A stretch of DNA of 64,000 nt from Oscillospiraceae bacterium (lineage in GTDB: Bacteria > Bacillota > Clostridia > Oscillospirales > Acutalibacteraceae), in contig CADBNN010000020.1 of assembly GCA_902796075.1 (NCBI GenBank), forward strand, positions 4,258-68,257. Direction: 5' to 3'. Both the position numbers and the translations under genes were made by a program. Shown here piece after piece: positions 47,033 to 56,519 of the stretch. The notes under the pieces are model-generated. The model saw only the letters and a program-made list of their open reading frames with translations, did no database searches and was not told where the DNA came from. Numbering within the stretch: the first letter of the stretch is position 1; each line of letters begins with the position of its first letter.

Positions 47033-47956
47033 GTGAAAAAACTGATCGCAATGGCGCTGGCCCTTATGCTGGCGCTGTGCGCCGTTAACATGGCGGCGCT
47101 GGCCGACGGGGAAACCGTTGTGTACGTTACCATTGCCAACGGCAAGCTGGAACTCACCCAAAAGGCCGTTACCGTGACCGACACGGACAACGACGGCAAG
47201 CTCACCATTAACGACGCGCTGTATTGCGCCCATGAAGAAAACTACGCAGGCGGCGCAGCGGCCGGTTACGCTACGGAAGAAGGCCAATACGGCCTTTCCC
47301 TCGCCAAACTGTGGGGCGTGGCCAACGGCGGCAGCTACGGCTACTACGTTAACAGCGCTTCCGCCTGGAGCCTGCTGGACGAAGTGAAAAACGGCGACTA
47401 TCTGGACGCGTTCGTGTATACCGACACCACCGCCTGGAGCGATACCTATTGCTATTTTGAAGAGCGGGGCCCGGAAATGTACGCTGAGCTCAATGAGGAC
47501 ATTGAAACGTCGAAAGAGATCACCCTCACCCTTTTGGCCGCCGCGTTTGATGAAGAATTCAAACCCATCACCAAGCCCGTGGCCGGCGCCACCATCACCA
47601 TCGATGGCAAGGAAACCGCCTTTGTTACCGATGAAAACGGCAAAGTGACCGTGACCGTGGAAGGCAATGGTGAACACGTGATCAGCGCCGTCGGCAAGGA
47701 TATGCTGTTGGTGCCCCCTGCCTGCCTGTATACGATCTCTTTGTATGTTGTGTGCCCCCCCGGACCCGAAGTTGAATCGGAATCGGACGCGACGCCTACC
47801 GAAATCGGCGAAGCAACCGTGACTTCTTCAAACGTTAAAACCGTTGGCGCCAACCCCAAAACCGGCGACGCTTCGCCCGTGGCGCTGGTTGCCGGCCTGA
47901 TGGCCGTTGCCTTTGTGGGTATGGCTATTGCCCGCCGCAAATCTCATGAAGCGTAA
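47033..47956 (+). CDS. Surface protein with signal peptide, DUF4430-like (transcobalamin-C-terminal-like beta-grasp) domain, and a C-terminal sortase signal (NPKTG plus hydrophobic stretch plus RRK tail)
   Basis: GTG start. Signal peptide MKKLIAMALALMLALCAVNMAALA. The C-terminus is NPKTGDASPVALVAGLMAVAFVGMAIARRKSHEA. Confidence 0.65.
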   Translation: MKKLIAMALALMLALCAVNMAALADGETVVYVTIANGKLELTQKAVTVTDTDNDGKLTINDALYCAHEENYAGGAAAGYATEEGQYGLSLAKLWGVANGGSYGYYVNSASAWSLLDEVKNGDYLDAFVYTDTTAWSDTYCYFEERGPEMYAELNEDIETSKEITLTLLAAAFDEEFKPITKPVAGATITIDGKETAFVTDENGKVTVTVEGNGEHVISAVGKDMLLVPPACLYTISLYVVCPPGPEVESESDATPTEIGEATVTSSNVKTVGANPKTGDASPVALVAGLMAVAFVGMAIARRKSHEA

Positions 47957-49790
47957 GGCAGTTGCGTTTTTAAGCTGCCTGCTGGTACTGTGCAGTCTGC
48001 TGGGCTGCACAGTACCCGTTTTGGCTGAATACGATCACCAAACCGTCGCCCGCCAGTGGGTAGACGGTATTTTGGCGTATGAGCGTTCTGCCGCCGGCGC
48101 CGCCTCTGACCAGGCGTGGATAGACGGGGCGCTCACCCAAACCGCCGGCCGCTCGGCCGAATGGTATGTGCTCGCCTTGAGCCAAAGCGGGACCTATCGT
48201 TTTGATTCTTACGAAAAAGCCTTGCTGACCTATGTGGACCAGCACCCGGTGTATTCCGCCACCACCCGGCAAAAATACGCCCTCACCCTGGCCGCCGTGG
48301 GCTCCACCAACGGCTATATCGGCCGTGTGGTAAACGACGCGCCCGGCGAGCAGGGGGTCATGAGCTGGATCTACGGCCTGCATCTGCTCAACAACGGCTA
48401 CACCGGGCGCACCGTCACCCAAAGCGGGGCCGTTCAGCGTCTGCTGGATCTGCAGCTGGCCGACGGGGGCTGGGCGGTGATCGGCTCCACCGGCGACGTG
48501 GACGTGACCGCCATGGCCCTGCAAGCCCTGGCCCCCCACAAAATGCAGGCGGCGGTGGCCGCGGCAGGGGAGCGGGCGTTTGCTCTGCTGGCCGGCCGCC
48601 AGCAAGCCAACGGCGCCTTTGCCGGTTACGGCGCCCAAAACGCCGAAAGCACCGCCCAGGTGTTGTGCGCCCTTTCGGAGTGGGGCATAGACGCCGCCCG
48701 TGACGACCGGTTTGTGCAAAACGGCCACACTGTGTTTGACGGCCTGGCCGCCTATCGACTGGCCGACGGCAGTTTTTGCCATGCCGTTGGGGAAGGGTAT
48801 AACGCTTCCGCCACCGTGCAGGTGTTGTATACCATGGTGGCTTATTTGCGCATGTGCGCCGGCAAGCCCGGTTTATATGTGTTAGACCACGCAAACCCCG
48901 CCGGTTTGCAGCTCATCGCTTCCGAACCGTCCTCTGCCGCTTCGGCCGTTTCTTCGGTGCCGTCGGCGGTTTCCGCGGCCTCGTCGGCGCTGTCCCGTGT
49001 ACCTGTTTCGTCAGCGCCCGCGGCATCCCGACCGGTCGTTTCTCGGCCGGCTTCGTCCGCACCGTCCGGGCCTGCGTCTTCGGCGGCTTCGGCGCCGTCT
49101 GCTGTTTCTGCAGTCTCGGTGCCCGCTTCTTCGGCGGCTTCGGCTGTTGCCACTCGTCCGGCGGCAACGCCCACACCCACCGATCCCACCGTTACAGCCA
49201 CCAACGGCCCGGCGCCCGGCGGCTACAAACTGTGGGCCTGCCTGGGCGCGGTGTGCTTGGCCGGGGTGGTGTGTCTGGTGCTGTGGCTGTGCCGCAAGCG
49301 GCATTATAAAAACTTTTTGGCCGTGGGCATTTGTTTGGCGCTGGCGGTGGCGATCATTTTGAGCACCAACCTGCAGTCGGCCACCGATTATTACCACGGG
49401 CAAGACGCCGTTAAACCCCAAACGGTGGGGCAGGTCACGCTCACCATCCGGTGCGATACGGTGGTGGGCCTGTCGGACGCCGATTACATCCCCGCCGACG
49501 GCTGTATTTTAGACGTGACCGCTTTTGCCTTGGCGCCGGGGGACACGGTGTTTGACATTATGGAGGAAGCCGCCCGCAAATACGGCATTCAAATGGACGT
49601 TTCCGGCGGCGCCAACATGACTTATATTGCCGGCATCAATTATTTGTATGAAATGCAGTTTGGCGAGCTGTCGGGCTGGATGTACTACGTAAACGGCACG
49701 GCACCGTCGGTCAACTGCGGCGAATATGTGCTGGCCGATGGCGACCGCATTGAATTTTTGTATTCCCGCGAGATCGGCAAAGATCTGTAA
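47946..49790 (+). CDS. Membrane protein: lipoprotein-type signal, prenyltransferase/squalene-oxidase-like alpha/alpha toroid domain, S/A/P-rich linker, two TM helices, and a C-terminal DUF4430 domain
   Basis: The start at ATG 47946 overlaps the upstream gene by 11 nt. Toroid-type repeats (QRLLDLQLADGGW, ANGAF). The C-terminal region matches DUF4430 (SGWMYYVNG...LADGDRIEFLY). Confidence 0.65.
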   Translation: MKRKAVAFLSCLLVLCSLLGCTVPVLAEYDHQTVARQWVDGILAYERSAAGAASDQAWIDGALTQTAGRSAEWYVLALSQSGTYRFDSYEKALLTYVDQHPVYSATTRQKYALTLAAVGSTNGYIGRVVNDAPGEQGVMSWIYGLHLLNNGYTGRTVTQSGAVQRLLDLQLADGGWAVIGSTGDVDVTAMALQALAPHKMQAAVAAAGERAFALLAGRQQANGAFAGYGAQNAESTAQVLCALSEWGIDAARDDRFVQNGHTVFDGLAAYRLADGSFCHAVGEGYNASATVQVLYTMVAYLRMCAGKPGLYVLDHANPAGLQLIASEPSSAASAVSSVPSAVSAASSALSRVPVSSAPAASRPVVSRPASSAPSGPASSAASAPSAVSAVSVPASSAASAVATRPAATPTPTDPTVTATNGPAPGGYKLWACLGAVCLAGVVCLVLWLCRKRHYKNFLAVGICLALAVAIILSTNLQSATDYYHGQDAVKPQTVGQVTLTIRCDTVVGLSDADYIPADGCILDVTAFALAPGDTVFDIMEEAARKYGIQMDVSGGANMTYIAGINYLYEMQFGELSGWMYYVNGTAPSVNCGEYVLADGDRIEFLYSREIGKDL

Positions 49791-49824
49791 ATCTCCCGTT
49801 TCGGCCCGAAAGGAGGCGCCCGCC

Positions 49825-50688
49825 GTGCAAAGCCTTGCTCATCATAATCCCGCCGCTGTGGCCGTATATTTTGCGGGCGTGGCGGGCATCGCCATGTTTT
49901 GCATGGACCCGGTGATCCTGACCCTTTCGCTGGTGGGGTCGCTGTTATATTTCGCCGTGGGCGGCGGCCGGGGCGGCCATTGGTTCGGCCTGCTGTTGTT
50001 TGCCGCCATGGCAATTGCCGGGCCGGTGCTTTCTCACAACGGCGTTACGGTGCTGTTTGTGCTCAACCACAATCCCGTTACGCTGGAAGCCGTGATCTAC
50101 GGCGTGGCTTCGGCCGGCATGATCGTAGCGGTGCTGTATTGGTTTCGCAGTTTCACGGCCATTATGACCAGCGATAAATTGCTGTATTTATTCGGCCGGC
50201 TTTCGCCGCGGCTTGCGCTGGTGCTTTCCATGGCGCTGCGGTTTGTGCCTCTGTTTGGGCGGCAGGCCAAAAAAATCAACGCCGCCCAGCGGGCGCTGGG
50301 GCTGTATAAAGACGACAACCTGATCGATACCTTCCGGGGCGGACTGCGGGTGTTTTCCGTACTCATCACCTGGGGGCTGGAACAGGGCGTGGTAACGGCC
50401 GACAGCATGGTGGCCCGGGGCTACGGCGCCGGCCGGCGCACGCATTTTGATATTTTCCCCTTCGGTTTGTGGGACGGGGTGCTGACGCTGACATCTGTGG
50501 CGCTCACGGCGCTCACGCTGGCGGGCCTGCGGCAGGTTGCCTTTACTTATTATCCCGCCATCACCATCAGTCACATTCCGCCGCTGGGCTGGGTGGGTTA
50601 CGCCGCTTATGCCCTGCTGGTTTTATTGCCCACGCTGCTGCAAGGAAAGGAGGCGCTGCAATGGCGTTGCTTGCGGTTGAAAATTTGA
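49825..50688 (+). CDS. ecfT: ECF transporter transmembrane (T) component, CbiQ/EcfT family
   Basis: GTG start after AGGAGG. A polytopic membrane protein with the conserved EcfT C-terminal region (ARGY..R motif: MVARGYGAGRRT). Confidence 0.75.
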   Translation: MQSLAHHNPAAVAVYFAGVAGIAMFCMDPVILTLSLVGSLLYFAVGGGRGGHWFGLLLFAAMAIAGPVLSHNGVTVLFVLNHNPVTLEAVIYGVASAGMIVAVLYWFRSFTAIMTSDKLLYLFGRLSPRLALVLSMALRFVPLFGRQAKKINAAQRALGLYKDDNLIDTFRGGLRVFSVLITWGLEQGVVTADSMVARGYGAGRRTHFDIFPFGLWDGVLTLTSVALTALTLAGLRQVAFTYYPAITISHIPPLGWVGYAAYALLVLLPTLLQGKEALQWRCLRLKI

Positions 50689-52289
50689 CCTTTACCTATC
50701 CCGGCGCCGCCGCGCCCGCTTTGCAAAACGTGAGTTTTTCGCTGGAGGCCGGCTCTTTTACCGTGATGGCCGGCGCCACCGGCAGCGGCAAATCCACCTT
50801 GCTGCGGCTGTTAAAAAAAGAACTGGCGCCCCTGGGACAACTGACCGGCGCCATTACCTTGAACGGCACCGATCCGGCTGCCGTGCCGGCTGCTCAGGTG
50901 GGCTATGTGGCCCAGCAGCCGGAACAGCAGATCGTGACCGACAAAGTGTGGCACGAACTGGCCTTTGGCCTGGAAAACATGGGCCTGCCCAAAAAAGAGA
51001 TCGGCCGGCGGGTGGCGGAAATGGCCGCCTATTTCGGCATAGAAGCCTGGTATGACCGGCCGGTTTCGGAACTGTCCGGCGGGCAAAAGCAGTTGCTTAA
51101 CCTGGCGTCTGTCATGGTCATGCAGCCGGGTTTGTTGTTATTAGACGAGCCCACCGCTCAGTTGGACCCCATTGCCGCTGCCGATTTTATGGCTACGGTG
51201 CATAAAATCAACCGGGAATTCGGCCTTACCGTGCTGCTGGCGGAACACCGGCTGGAAGAAGCCGTGCCCTTGTGCGACCGTCTGCTGGTGCTGGAAAATG
51301 GCGCCCTGCCGGTAAACGCCCCGCCCACGCAGGCGGCCGCCGCCCTGGCCGACCGGCCGGAATTGTTGTGCGCCATGCCGTCGGCGGTGCAGTTATATCA
51401 CGCCGTGGGAGGGCAGGGGCCTTGCCCGCTCAGCGTGCGGCAGGGGCGGCAATTCGTTACCGCCCATTTCGGTAACGCGGTGCGTTCTTTGCCGGCGCCG
51501 CCCGCCGTTCACAGCGAAAAGCCGGCTCTGGCTCTGCAAGGGGTGCGCCTGCGCTATCAGCGGCACCTGCCCGACGTGCTGCAGGGTACCGATCTGACGG
51601 TGTATGAAGGGGAACTGTTTTGTCTGCTGGGGGGCAACGGTTCGGGCAAATCCACGCTGCTGGCGGCCGCCGCCGGTTTGGCGCAGCCCTATATGGGCCG
51701 CATTGCCGTTTTGGGCAAGCCCATCAAACAGTATAAAAATCAATCCCTTTACCGCAACGGGGTGGCCCTGCTGCCCCAAGACGTGCAAACCGTGTTTTTA
51801 CGCAACACGGTGGCCGAAGAACTGGCCGACGTGGACCTTGCGGCTGAAGAACTGCCGTTTGATCTTTCCCCCTTGTACGACCGGCATCCCTACGATCTTT
51901 CCGGGGGCGAACAGCAGCTGGTGGCGCTGGCCAAAGTGCTGGCCGCCCGGCCCAAACTGCTGTTGCTGGACGAGCCCACCAAAGGGCTGGACGCCTACAC
52001 CAAACAGCGGTTTATCGGGGTGCTGCGGCAACTGCAGGGGCAGGGGGTCACGGTGGTGGCCGTTACTCACGACGTTGCCTTTGCCTGCGCCTGCGCCGAC
52101 CGGTGCGGGTTGCTGTTTCGCGGGCAGGTGGTATCGGTCGGCGTTCCCGCGGAATTTTTTGCCCAAAACGCTTTTTACACCACCGCCGCCAGCCGCATCA
52201 CCCGCGGGTATTACGACGGCGCCGTAACGGTGGAAGCCGCCGCCCGGCTGTGCCTGCTCAACGCCCCGGGAAAGGAGCCGACCGCATGA
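50661..52289 (+). CDS. ecfA: Fused duplicated ECF/ABC ATPase (EcfA1-EcfA2, CbiO-like), two nucleotide-binding domains
   Basis: Walker A GATGSGKST and GGNGSGKST; two LSGGQ signatures (LSGGQKQ, LSGGEQQ); Walker B LLLDEPT twice. Confidence 0.85.
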   Translation: MALLAVENLTFTYPGAAAPALQNVSFSLEAGSFTVMAGATGSGKSTLLRLLKKELAPLGQLTGAITLNGTDPAAVPAAQVGYVAQQPEQQIVTDKVWHELAFGLENMGLPKKEIGRRVAEMAAYFGIEAWYDRPVSELSGGQKQLLNLASVMVMQPGLLLLDEPTAQLDPIAAADFMATVHKINREFGLTVLLAEHRLEEAVPLCDRLLVLENGALPVNAPPTQAAAALADRPELLCAMPSAVQLYHAVGGQGPCPLSVRQGRQFVTAHFGNAVRSLPAPPAVHSEKPALALQGVRLRYQRHLPDVLQGTDLTVYEGELFCLLGGNGSGKSTLLAAAAGLAQPYMGRIAVLGKPIKQYKNQSLYRNGVALLPQDVQTVFLRNTVAEELADVDLAAEELPFDLSPLYDRHPYDLSGGEQQLVALAKVLAARPKLLLLDEPTKGLDAYTKQRFIGVLRQLQGQGVTVVAVTHDVAFACACADRCGLLFRGQVVSVGVPAEFFAQNAFYTTAASRITRGYYDGAVTVEAAARLCLLNAPGKEPTA

Positions 52290-52972
52290 TCACCATTCCC
52301 AACGTCCGCCTGCGGCGATGGCTGCAGATACTCATTCCCTTTGTGTGCGTGCCGGCGCTGGTGGCGGTGGGCGCCACCGTGCTGCCCGAAAAACAGTATT
52401 TGCTGGTGTCCTTCGGCGTGGCCTTGCTGGCGGTGCTGTTGTTTATCACCGGTTTTGAACAAAAACGGGTGGGGGCCCGCCGCCTGGTGTTGGTGGCGGT
52501 TATGACCGCCTTGTGCATCGTGGGCCGCTTTATTCCGTTTTTTAAGCCCATCACGGCGCTCAGCGTCATCGCGGCGCTGTATCTGGGGCCGGAATCGGGC
52601 TTTTTTGTGGGGTCGGTCGCCGCGCTGCTGTCTAACTTTTATTTCGGGCAGGGGCCCTGGACGCCTTTTCAAATGCTGGCGTGGGGGCTCATCGGCCTGC
52701 TGGCCGGCTATCTGGCCGAGCCGCTCAAACGGCGCCGGTGGCTGCTGCTGGCCTACGGCGTAGCGGCGGGCGTGGCCTTTTCGTTTTTAATGGACGTGTG
52801 GACCGTGCTGTGGTACGCCGGCCGGTTTGAATGGCAGTATTATCTTTCGGCGCTGGCCGCCGCCGTGCCCCACACGGTGCTGTATGCCGTTTCCAATTTT
52901 GTGTTTTTGTGGTTTTTGGCCAAGCCCATGGGCGAAAAACTGGAACGCATCAAAGTAAAATACGGGGTGTAA
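52286..52972 (+). CDS. Putative ECF transporter substrate-capture (S) component. Small 6-TM membrane protein; substrate unknown.
   Basis: 228 aa, hydrophobic. The start overlaps the ecfA stop (ATGA). It is the last gene of the operon. Confidence 0.55.
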   Translation: MITIPNVRLRRWLQILIPFVCVPALVAVGATVLPEKQYLLVSFGVALLAVLLFITGFEQKRVGARRLVLVAVMTALCIVGRFIPFFKPITALSVIAALYLGPESGFFVGSVAALLSNFYFGQGPWTPFQMLAWGLIGLLAGYLAEPLKRRRWLLLAYGVAAGVAFSFLMDVWTVLWYAGRFEWQYYLSALAAAVPHTVLYAVSNFVFLWFLAKPMGEKLERIKVKYGV

Positions 52973-53070
52973 AACCCCGCTCCGCCCGTTTCGCTCTGCC
53001 TTCTCCGGCAGGGCGAAAAATTTTATGTGTCAAAAATTCGGCTCGATTTTTGTGCAGTTTGTATACCAAA

Positions 53071-53114
53071 TGTGAACAAATTGTGAACAAATTATGAACA
53101 AACTGTGAACAAAA
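53071..53114. repeat. Four tandem 11-bp direct repeats: TGTGAACAAAT / TGTGAACAAAT / TATGAACAAAC / TGTGAACAAAA
   Basis: Read directly. The 11-bp period equals one helical turn. Located 30-75 nt upstream of a TTGACA -35 element. Confidence 0.7.
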
Positions 53115-53145
53115 AAGAGTAGAGTCACTTTTTTGCCCAAAATGC

Positions 53146-53177
53146 TTGACAAATTTTCGATTTTGTGCTTAAGATGG
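53146..53177 (+). promoter_or_regulatory. Putative promoter TTGACA-18-TAAGAT for the 53218 gene
   Basis: -35 TTGACA at 53146-53151. The -10-like TAAGAT follows an 18-nt spacer. Confidence 0.4.
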
Positions 53178-53217
53178 AAGTGGAGGAAACCCCAAAAACG
53201 AAGCGGAGGTCTGTGTT

Positions 53218-54108
53218 ATGAAAAAACTGTTCTGCCTTCTTTTGTGCCTGACGCTGCTGTGCTGCACGGCCCTGCCCGCGGCGGCGGTGGAAGATAACGA
53301 GATCACCTGGCAGGAAGCGGTGCAGCAACTGAAGCAGGAAGAAACGATAGAAGAATTATGGCTGCCGAAAATGGCGCCGTCGTTCATGTTTAAAAAAGTT
53401 ACGGCCTATACCGATGGGGCCAATTCCTATGCGATCAGCGGCTACACGGAGCTTATGGACGCTAAACTGTATCTTAGAATCGCGTTTGTTCCGGCAAACG
53501 CAGAGGCTCCCCGGGCTGATTTTTCACCCTATTTTGCCATGTGCAAGCAAAAAGGCGCCGATTTGTCTATCGACGAGTCTGTGTGGGCCAACTGGTCGAC
53601 CGATGACGAGGTGTCCTATGTACAGCCCTATAAAATACGGGAAGGCCACATGTCAACGCGGACGCAGAAATATAGGTTCAATAACGTGAAGCCGTTTGAA
53701 TACAAAGGCTTGCCGGCGCTTTTTAACGGCTGGTTATTTAACAGTTACATGGGAAGCGACATTCAAACGCCTTCCGATGGCATGGGAGAAATCGTTCTGC
53801 CGGTATCGGACTCACTTTGGATGACGGTCGTTATCAGTCGATATGACGACGGTCGCTGGACAGCGGAGCAAATAGCCGATTTGCCCGGCAGCGTATTGGA
53901 TCAACTGGGCCTGACCACCACCGGCGACGCGGACCTGAACGGCCAGGTGAACGCGGTGGACGGATTGCTCACCTTGAAACACGCGGTGCAAAAGGCGGAA
54001 ATCGCCGACGAGCTGGCCTTCGCTCTGGCCGACTGGGACGACGACGGCGCGCTGGACGCGGGCGACGCCCTGCACACCCTGCAAAAAGCCGTTGGCAAAG
54101 CCCGGTAA
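53218..54108 (+). CDS. Secreted protein with a C-terminal dockerin-like module. The N-terminal domain is unknown.
   Basis: Signal peptide MKKLFCLLLCLTLLCCTALPAAA. C-terminal DADLNGQVNAVDGLLTLKHAV..DWDDDGALDAGDALHTLQKAVG. RBS GGAGG. Lower GC than its neighbours. Confidence 0.65.
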   Translation: MKKLFCLLLCLTLLCCTALPAAAVEDNEITWQEAVQQLKQEETIEELWLPKMAPSFMFKKVTAYTDGANSYAISGYTELMDAKLYLRIAFVPANAEAPRADFSPYFAMCKQKGADLSIDESVWANWSTDDEVSYVQPYKIREGHMSTRTQKYRFNNVKPFEYKGLPALFNGWLFNSYMGSDIQTPSDGMGEIVLPVSDSLWMTVVISRYDDGRWTAEQIADLPGSVLDQLGLTTTGDADLNGQVNAVDGLLTLKHAVQKAEIADELAFALADWDDDGALDAGDALHTLQKAVGKAR

Positions 54109-54173
54109 AAGGGCATATATGAACTAAAAAAACCGAGTTCCTGCGGGAACTCGGTTTTTTGCGTTATCATGCT

Positions 54174-55070
54174 TCAGCTTTCGCTGCGGCTGCGCACCGA
54201 AGTGGCGTATTCGGTGGGGGACATGCGGGTTTGTTTTTTGAACCATTGCGAAAAATAGTGCAGTGAAGAAAAGCCCAGCCGTTCGGCAATTTGCGTAAAG
54301 TTATACTCTTCCTGCCGGATCATTTGCTTGGCGGCTTTCAACCGCTGGCGGGCCACCAGCTCCTGGGGGCTGCGGTGGGTGGTGGCGCGAATATCCCGGC
54401 TGAGTTTGTTGACGCTCACGTTAAAATGCCGGCTTAACCGGGCAAGCGAAAGTTTTTCGTCCAAATGGGCGTTCACATATTCTTCCACCATGCGGGCCAG
54501 GTTGGTTTTTTGGTTTTCGGTGGTCAGTTTGGCCGTTCGGGCGGCGGGCTGGGGCGCGTTGGCGCGCAGCAGCTCCAGCAGCAGTTTTTCCAGCGAAAGA
54601 GCCGCCAGCTGCAAAATCAAATCCTTTTGCGGGTTGGGGGAGTGGCGGGCCCGGTCCAACTCGTTCACCGGCAAATACCCTTCGGAAATGGTGGAAACAT
54701 ATTGAAACACGTCGCTTAACAGCTTTTGCAGTTCGGGCGAAAGCCGGATGATGCGGCCGCTGATGTCATACAGCGCCGGGCTGGTGGACTCAAACGCCAC
54801 CGAGGCCACGTTGGGGGTGTTTTCGGTTTTTTCCAAAATGCCGTGGGGCGTCATGGGGGCGTGCAGCAGCATGTCCTGCTTTTGCAGCAGCATTTCACGG
54901 CCGTCCACCCACGTGCGCAGGGAGCCGTAATCAATAAAGTTCAGTTCCCAGCACCGGTGATGCTCCGCCTGAAACACAAAATCCTTGGGCAGTTCCAGAT
55001 ATTCCACCGAAACCAGCGCCGTTACGTCCACGGTTTTTTGGCAGGGCAGCCGGTCGTAAAGCAGTTCCAT
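54174..55070 (-). CDS. AraC family transcriptional regulator
   Basis: The C-terminal HTH ...FTQIAERLGFSSLHYFSQWFKKQTRMSPTEY. Start at MELLYD (55070) with AAGGAGGTG 7 nt upstream. Confidence 0.85.
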   Translation of the reverse strand: MELLYDRLPCQKTVDVTALVSVEYLELPKDFVFQAEHHRCWELNFIDYGSLRTWVDGREMLLQKQDMLLHAPMTPHGILEKTENTPNVASVAFESTSPALYDISGRIIRLSPELQKLLSDVFQYVSTISEGYLPVNELDRARHSPNPQKDLILQLAALSLEKLLLELLRANAPQPAARTAKLTTENQKTNLARMVEEYVNAHLDEKLSLARLSRHFNVSVNKLSRDIRATTHRSPQELVARQRLKAAKQMIRQEEYNFTQIAERLGFSSLHYFSQWFKKQTRMSPTEYATSVRSRSES

Positions 55071-55306
55071 TCCGCGCACCTCCTTTTTTGCACCGACTAT
55101 ATTGTAACGAAGTTATGGCGAAAAAACAACCCCCAAATGGACAAATGGGCCGATTTGTTAGACAAATCTACCATTTTTTGCCCGCTTTGGACGTAATTTA
55201 TTACAAAGAACACAAAATATTGTAAATAAATGATTGAAAATCATAAATACAAAACCGCGAAAAAATGGTATACTGAACACACAAGAAATAAAGGGGGAAA
55301 AAGGGC

Positions 55307-56470
55307 ATGCCTGTTTTGCGTGTGGCGCTCATCGGCGCCGGGCCCATGGGGGCTTCTATGGCGGCGAATATGCAGCGCACCGGCCGGGCGGAAATGGTGG
55401 CGTTTTGCGACCGTTCACCGGTGGTTTTGCAGGCGGCTGCCGCCGGTTTTCAAAAAGAGACCGGCCGGCAGGTGAAATGCTGTGCCTCGGTGGAAGAACT
55501 GTACCGCGACGCGGCGTTTGACGCGGCCATTGTGGCGTTAAGCCCCGAAACACAGCCCAAATTGGCGGCAGACCTGCTGCGGCGGGGCGTTCACGTGCTG
55601 TGCCAGGTGCCGGTGGCCTTCACCATGGAAGATTGCGCCGCTCTGGTGAACGCGGTGCGCGCCTCCGGCGCGGTGTATGTGGCGGCCGAACAGACGCGGG
55701 AATGGCAGTTTGTGCGCGCCTGGCGCGATATGGCGGCCCGGGGCGATTTCGGCAAGATCATTTTTGCCGAAGGCCAGTATTTGCATTACGAGCCCAAATG
55801 GGGCTGGTTTGTTAACAAGGCCGACGGTTCGGTGCTGGCCACCGACGACCCCGCCTACGGCAAAAACCCCGCTTTTGAAGAAAGCTGGCGCTACCGCACC
55901 TTCCGCCACCCCATTTTGTATACGCCCCACACCCTCAACCCGCTGCTTTCGGTCACGGGCGGGCGCATCACCAAGGTTTCGTGCATGGGCACCCGGCCCG
56001 AGAGTTATTACACCCGGGGATTCGACGTGCGGGATATGGAAACGGCCCTGATGTATGCCGATAACGACGTGGTGTTTCAAGTAAAAACCGGCTTCACCAG
56101 TCCCCACGGCTTTCACGCCGGCACCGGCGCCCACTGGTATCAGATCAAGGGCACGGCGGCTTCGGTGGAATGGGCCCGCAGTGAGATCGATACCCCAAAA
56201 CTCTATACGCCCGAACCCGGCACCCACAACGGCACCTGGCAGGCTATGCCCTGGTCGGTGGTGGACGAAACGCAGGACGAACTGGTGCGGGCCAGCGGCC
56301 ACGGCGGGGTGGATATGATCCCCATTCTGGCGTTTTTAGACGCCATTCAGCACCACATTGCCCCGGCTATGGACGTGTACGCGGCGGTGCGGCTGGCGGC
56401 GCCGGCCATTGCGGCGGCGCAGTCCAGCGAACAGGGGGGCGCCCTGGTGGAAGTGCCCGATTTTGCATAA
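55307..56470 (+). CDS. Gfo/Idh/MocA-fold protein (possibly a GH109-like NAD-dependent glycosidase or oxidoreductase)
   Basis: Rossmann VALIGAGPMG; shared ...ILYTPHTLNPLLSVTGGRITKVSCMG... core with the next gene. Confidence 0.7.
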   Translation: MPVLRVALIGAGPMGASMAANMQRTGRAEMVAFCDRSPVVLQAAAAGFQKETGRQVKCCASVEELYRDAAFDAAIVALSPETQPKLAADLLRRGVHVLCQVPVAFTMEDCAALVNAVRASGAVYVAAEQTREWQFVRAWRDMAARGDFGKIIFAEGQYLHYEPKWGWFVNKADGSVLATDDPAYGKNPAFEESWRYRTFRHPILYTPHTLNPLLSVTGGRITKVSCMGTRPESYYTRGFDVRDMETALMYADNDVVFQVKTGFTSPHGFHAGTGAHWYQIKGTAASVEWARSEIDTPKLYTPEPGTHNGTWQAMPWSVVDETQDELVRASGHGGVDMIPILAFLDAIQHHIAPAMDVYAAVRLAAPAIAAAQSSEQGGALVEVPDFA

Positions 56471-56519
56471 GTTTATAAGCCGCAAGGCTTAAAATAAAAA
56501 ACAATGACCAAAGGTGGTT

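Noticed and set aside
53071-53114. CRISPR array
   Set aside because: The repeats are only 11 bp, directly abutting without spacers, and there are no cas genes. It is a regulatory direct-repeat array, not CRISPR.
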